A stretch of 64,000 bases of DNA from Nitrospirota bacterium (GTDB taxonomy: Bacteria > Nitrospirota > UBA9217): NCBI GenBank assembly GCA_963840455.1, contig CAWIYV010000010.1, positions 160,001 to 224,000 of the forward strand, written 5' to 3'. Both the position numbers and the translations under genes were made by a program. Shown here in pieces: positions 59,923 through 64,000 of the stretch. The notes beneath the pieces are model-generated. The model was not told the DNA's origin. It did no database searches and saw nothing but the letters and a program-made list of their open reading frames with translations. Positions within the stretch are counted from its first letter, which is position 1. Every line of letters starts with the position of its first letter.

Positions 59923-61264
59923 CACGATCCTGCTGGTGGATGATGAACAGAACATCCTGCGCGTGGTCTCCACGACGCTCACGGCGGAACGATATGAGGT
60001 CGTCACTGCACAGTCGGCCGAGGAGGCCATGGAGCGATTCGGTCAGAACGGCTTCGACCTGGTGATCACGGACCTGAAACTCCCGGGGCAGAGCGGCCTC
60101 GACCTCCTGGCATTCATCAAGTCCCGGAAGCCCGATGTGCCGGTCATCGTGATCACGGCCTTTGGTACGATCGGGAACGCCGTGGATGCGATGAAGAAAG
60201 GGGCGTTCAACTACCTTACGAAGCCGGTCAATCCCGACGAGCTGCTGACCGTGATCCGCGAGGCGATGGAGAAGTACGAACTGAAGCGCGAGAACCGGCT
60301 GCTCAAGACCGAGCTCCGGCAGACCTATGCCTTCGGCAATATCATCGGAAAGAACATCGCCATGCAGGAGATCTTCGACACCGTTCGCATGGTCTCGAAG
60401 ACCCAGTCCAGCATCCTGATCATCGGCGAGAGCGGAACGGGCAAGGAACTCGTCGCACGGGCCCTCCATTACGAGTCCGACCGGTCGGAGCAGCCCTTCG
60501 TCACCATCGACTGCGCGGCCATCCCCCCGGAAATCATGGAAAGCGAGCTCTTCGGGCACGAGAAGGGTGCGTTCACCGGCGCTCACGAGCGCAAGACCGG
60601 CCTCCTGGAGCACGCCAACGGCGGCACGGTGTTCCTCGACGAGATCGGCGAGCTGGATCTGCAGCTCCAGAAAAAGCTGCTCCGATTCCTCCAAGAGCGG
60701 GAGATTCTTCGCGTGGGCGGCACCGCGCGGATCAAGCTGAACGTTCGTATCGTGGCGGCCACGAACAAGGACCCGGAGCGGGAAGTGCAGGAGAAGCGCT
60801 TCCGGGAGGACCTGTACTACCGCCTGAATGTGGTCATGATCCGGATGCCGTCGCTCCGGGAGCGAAAGGACGATATCCCGCTCCTGGTCCATCATTTCCT
60901 CGAGAGGCTGAACCGGATCGAGGGTAAGCTTGTGAAGGGCTTCGAGGACAATGCCCTGGAGGCGATGCTCGCTTATGACTGGCCGGGGAACGTGCGCGAA
61001 CTGGAGAACGCCGTCGAGCGGGCGTACATCCTCTGCCCATCCATCACCATCGGCCTGAAGCACCTGCCCACGAAACTGGCCGCCCTGGGCCGGGGCGAAC
61101 GGGAGGCGGTCGACGAGATGAACCTCCTGGAGACCGAGAAGCGGCTGGTCGTCCGCGCCCTCACGAACACCTCTTGGAACCAGAGCAGGGCGGCCGAGGT
61201 TCTCGGCATTTCACGCAAGCAGCTGCGGACCAAGATGAAGAACTTCGGGCTCCTGCCGCAGTAA
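59912..61264 (+). CDS. sigma54-dependent NtrC-family response regulator
   Basis: REC domain, [27 protein letters not shown] and a Fis-type HTH. Confidence 0.95.
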   Translation: MRNNTILLVDDEQNILRVVSTTLTAERYEVVTAQSAEEAMERFGQNGFDLVITDLKLPGQSGLDLLAFIKSRKPDVPVIVITAFGTIGNAVDAMKKGAFNYLTKPVNPDELLTVIREAMEKYELKRENRLLKTELRQTYAFGNIIGKNIAMQEIFDTVRMVSKTQSSILIIGESGTGKELVARALHYESDRSEQPFVTIDCAAIPPEIMESELFGHEKGAFTGAHERKTGLLEHANGGTVFLDEIGELDLQLQKKLLRFLQEREILRVGGTARIKLNVRIVAATNKDPEREVQEKRFREDLYYRLNVVMIRMPSLRERKDDIPLLVHHFLERLNRIEGKLVKGFEDNALEAMLAYDWPGNVRELENAVERAYILCPSITIGLKHLPTKLAALGRGEREAVDEMNLLETEKRLVVRALTNTSWNQSRAAEVLGISRKQLRTKMKNFGLLPQ

Positions 61265-61429
61265 GCATCTCCTTGACCGACCGCTGCCCGTTCCCTTGCA
61301 CTGCGTACGGCTGCCCTTCCCCTCGCGTCCATGCGATCCGCTTCGTTTCATCGAGGTCTTCCCCTCCTTGACAGTCTGCAGAAGGGCGGCTATCTTTTAA
61401 CCATCCTTTTCTGCGAGCGGAGGCCCGCC

Positions 61430-62134
61430 ACGAAACTGTCCATCGTCCTTTTCTTTCTCGTCCTGTTCGCCATGATTGTCGCGGCAGGGTGCGCCGGAAC
61501 GTGGATCACCCAGCCCATCGAATCGTTTAGGCCCCCTGAAATGGTCCCGCCCTCTTCGGTCTGTCAGCCCTGCCACCAGGATCAGTTCGACTCATGGAAG
61601 AAGACGCGGCACGCCGACGGACAGAGGATGGCGAAGATCCCGGTGCCGGAACTGCATGAGTGCGGCGCCTGTCATGCCGATCTCAATGCCCACGCTGCGG
61701 ATCCGCAGGGGAAACGCCCCCCCCGTGTGGCAACGATGACCAAAACCGAGAAAAACACGCTCTGCGGGAAGTGCCATTACAGTCAGACCCTCTTCGGCGG
61801 CAGTGCCATCAATCCTCACGGCAAGCACTCGCTCTTCGCGAACGTCGCGCTCGAAGGCCAGCCGAAGCAGATCGCCTGCCTCGACTGCCACTCCGGCCAC
61901 AAGGGCGGGTCGGACATGCTGGTTCGTATCAAGGCGCACATCTGCTATGAATGCCACACCTCTGCCATGGTCACGATGGGCATCCTGTTCCAGATCCCCA
62001 ACTGGCTCACCAACGGCTACATGTGCCAGGCCTGCCACACGGTCCATGGCGGTTCCGACAGCGAACGGTGGGGCCGCATGGGCGTGGGCTTCTGCGTTAT
62101 CTGCCACTTCGTCGGCGTGGCTCTTGTCGATTGA
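61430..62134 (+). CDS. Seven-heme c-type cytochrome lipoprotein
   Basis: CxxCH x7 (CQPCH, CGACH, CGKCH, CLDCH, CYECH, CQACH, CVICH) and lipobox VAAGC. The apparent start is ACG behind GGAGG; promoter TTGACA-17-TATCTT at ~61368. Confidence 0.8.
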   Translation, partial: TKLSIVLFFLVLFAMIVAAGCAGTWITQPIESFRPPEMVPPSSVCQPCHQDQFDSWKKTRHADGQRMAKIPVPELHECGACHADLNAHAADPQGKRPPRVATMTKTEKNTLCGKCHYSQTLFGGSAINPHGKHSLFANVALEGQPKQIACLDCHSGHKGGSDMLVRIKAHICYECHTSAMVTMGILFQIPNWLTNGYMCQACHTVHGGSDSERWGRMGVGFCVICHFVGVALVD

Positions 62135-62493
62135 GCCGGGGAAAGAGCATGTGGACAGGTCAATACGGATCAACATCCTGATACGAATGGATACGGTCCA
62201 AAGGAAGGCATTGAGGCTTCCTGCGGCTAACGGCGGGGTAACCTCCCGGCCAAGAAGAGATCCGCATAATCAGCTCTTATCCGATCTGATCAGTGTCAAA
62301 TGCAGTCTTTCGGTCGAACGTTCCCGGGGCGGCCGAGACGGCTCCTTCCTCTTCTGCCGCTCGATGCATCGGCAAGATTCATCCTTGAGTTACACCAGCT
62401 TCTGTTATACAATGACCTCGCAAGCCCGATGACCACTCCCCAGGGCTCATTCGCCCGGGGTCGATCAACAATTTCCGTGTGTGAGGTAATGCC

Positions 62494-63999
62494 ATGGCAT
62501 CAGAGATCATTGTGAACGCAGGCAGGGAGGAGACCCGGGTCGCCCTGCTGGAGAACAGCCTCGTAACCGACATCTTCATCGACCGGAGGAAGGATCGCGG
62601 CGTTGCGGGGAACATCTACAAGGGCCGCGTCATGAAGGTCCTTCCCGGGATGCAGGCTTCCTTCGTGGACATCGGTCTGGAAAAATCGGCGTTCCTCTAC
62701 GTGGGCGACGTATTCGACAGCGCCTCGGAGTATGCGCCCATGATGGAGGACGAAGGCCTGGAGCTGGAAGTGGAGACCAAGCGAAAACGCTCCCACGCCA
62801 CACAGATCGAGGACCTTCTGCAGGAGGGCCAGGACGTCGTTGTCCAGGTCTCGAAGGAGCCCATCAGCACAAAAGGCGCGCGGGTCACCACCTACATCAG
62901 CATCCCGGGCCGGTATCTCGTCGTGATGCCCGGCGTGAACCACATTGGCGTGTCCCGCCGCATCGAGAACGGCGAGGAGCGGAAGCGGCTCCGCGAGATC
63001 GTCCAGTCCCTCCGCAAGCCGAACATGGGCTACATCATCAGGACGGCGAGCGAGGGAAAGAGCGAGGACGATATCAGGTCGGACATCGAGTTCCTGGGCA
63101 GGCTGTGGGACGGCATCCAGCGGAAGCGGGAGAAGGCCGCGGCGCCGGTCCTGCTGCACAACGAGCTGGACCTGGTGTTCCGTGTCATCCGCGATACCTT
63201 CACCTCTGACGTGGACCGCATGGTGATCGACTCCGCGGACGAGTACCAGCGCGCCCGGGAGTATGTGGAGTCCTATACCTCGTCCCTTGCCCGGCGCGTC
63301 AAGCACTACGACGGCGACGACCCCATCTTTGAGCACTACGGCGTCGAGATCGAGATCTCGCGCGCCCTGGGCCGGAAGGTCTGGCTCAAGTCGGGCGGCT
63401 ATATCATCATCGACCAGACCGAGGCCCTCACCACCATCGATGTGAACACCGGCCGGTACGTGGGCAAGCGGTCGCTCGAGGACACGATCCTGAAGACGAA
63501 CCTGGAGGCCGTACGCGAGATCGGCTACCAGCTCCGGCTCAGGAACATCGGCGGCATCATCATCCTGGACTTCATCGACATGGAACGGGAGGACAACCGG
63601 AGGAAGGTTTACAACGCCCTGCAGGAGGCCCTGTCGCATGACCGGGCCAAGACCACGATTTCGCATATCTCGCCCCTGGGCCTCATCGAGATGACTCGGA
63701 AACGCATCCGCGAGAGCCTGGGCCGCACCCTCTGCGACACCTGTCCCTACTGTGACGGCCGCGGCCATATCAAGTCGAGCCGCACGGTCTGCTACGAGGT
63801 GTTCCGGGCGCTCCAGAAGTCCTTCACCGGGTCCGAGGAGAAGAAGGCGCTGGTCTCCGTGAATCCGGCGGTGGCGGACATGCTCTATGACGACGAGCGT
63901 CAGGGCGTGGAAGAATTAGAGAAGGAGTTCGGCAAGAAGATCGTGATCAAGGCCGACCCGAACATGCATCAGGAGCAGTTCGAGGTGGTCATGGTATAG
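62494..63999 (+). CDS. rng: Ribonuclease G/E family
   Basis: GNIYKGRV..VLPGMQ, KEPISTKGAR, IDVNTG, GGIIILDFIDM and CPYC; about 500 aa with no RNase E scaffold. Confidence 0.9.
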   Translation: MASEIIVNAGREETRVALLENSLVTDIFIDRRKDRGVAGNIYKGRVMKVLPGMQASFVDIGLEKSAFLYVGDVFDSASEYAPMMEDEGLELEVETKRKRSHATQIEDLLQEGQDVVVQVSKEPISTKGARVTTYISIPGRYLVVMPGVNHIGVSRRIENGEERKRLREIVQSLRKPNMGYIIRTASEGKSEDDIRSDIEFLGRLWDGIQRKREKAAAPVLLHNELDLVFRVIRDTFTSDVDRMVIDSADEYQRAREYVESYTSSLARRVKHYDGDDPIFEHYGVEIEISRALGRKVWLKSGGYIIIDQTEALTTIDVNTGRYVGKRSLEDTILKTNLEAVREIGYQLRLRNIGGIIILDFIDMEREDNRRKVYNALQEALSHDRAKTTISHISPLGLIEMTRKRIRESLGRTLCDTCPYCDGRGHIKSSRTVCYEVFRALQKSFTGSEEKKALVSVNPAVADMLYDDERQGVEELEKEFGKKIVIKADPNMHQEQFEVVMV

Positions 64000-64000
64000 A

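Overview
GC-rich (~60% by eye) bacterial chromosomal window of mostly core and metabolic genes. Gene content (2-oxoacid:ferredoxin oxidoreductase, rubrerythrin-like protein, RACo/AcsV corrinoid activator, multiheme cytochrome c, selenoprotein, sigma54 two-component system) suggests an anaerobic diderm, perhaps Nitrospirota or Desulfobacterota (inference only). No rRNA, tRNA, CRISPR array or intact transposase was seen. Main highlights, mostly absent from the ORF track: (1) a radical SAM/SPASM enzyme (17759-18901) followed by a 20-aa Cys-rich ORF (MSIKKVAKTAATTCKCKSSC, 18942-19004) with its own sigma70 promoter, RBS and terminator, a candidate new RiPP system; (2) a 71-aa glutaredoxin-like gene with two in-frame UGA codons, each followed by a SECIS-like hairpin (9491-9706), co-oriented with a PDO-thioredoxin reductase fusion; (3) a ~15-kb sulfur-oxyanion island (YeeE/YedE, exported rhodanese, Cys-less TusA, two paralogous microproteins, YeiH-type exporter) with two sigma54 promoters carrying matching TGT-N10-ACA boxes, beside a PhnD-type sensor/kinase/NtrC system; (4) a c-di-GMP-I riboswitch upstream of a DUF4382-like lipoprotein; (5) a three-copy ~100-nt two-hairpin repeat; (6) a readable ECF sigma mini-regulon and several probable leaderless genes. 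Three single-base frameshifts may be sequencing errors.
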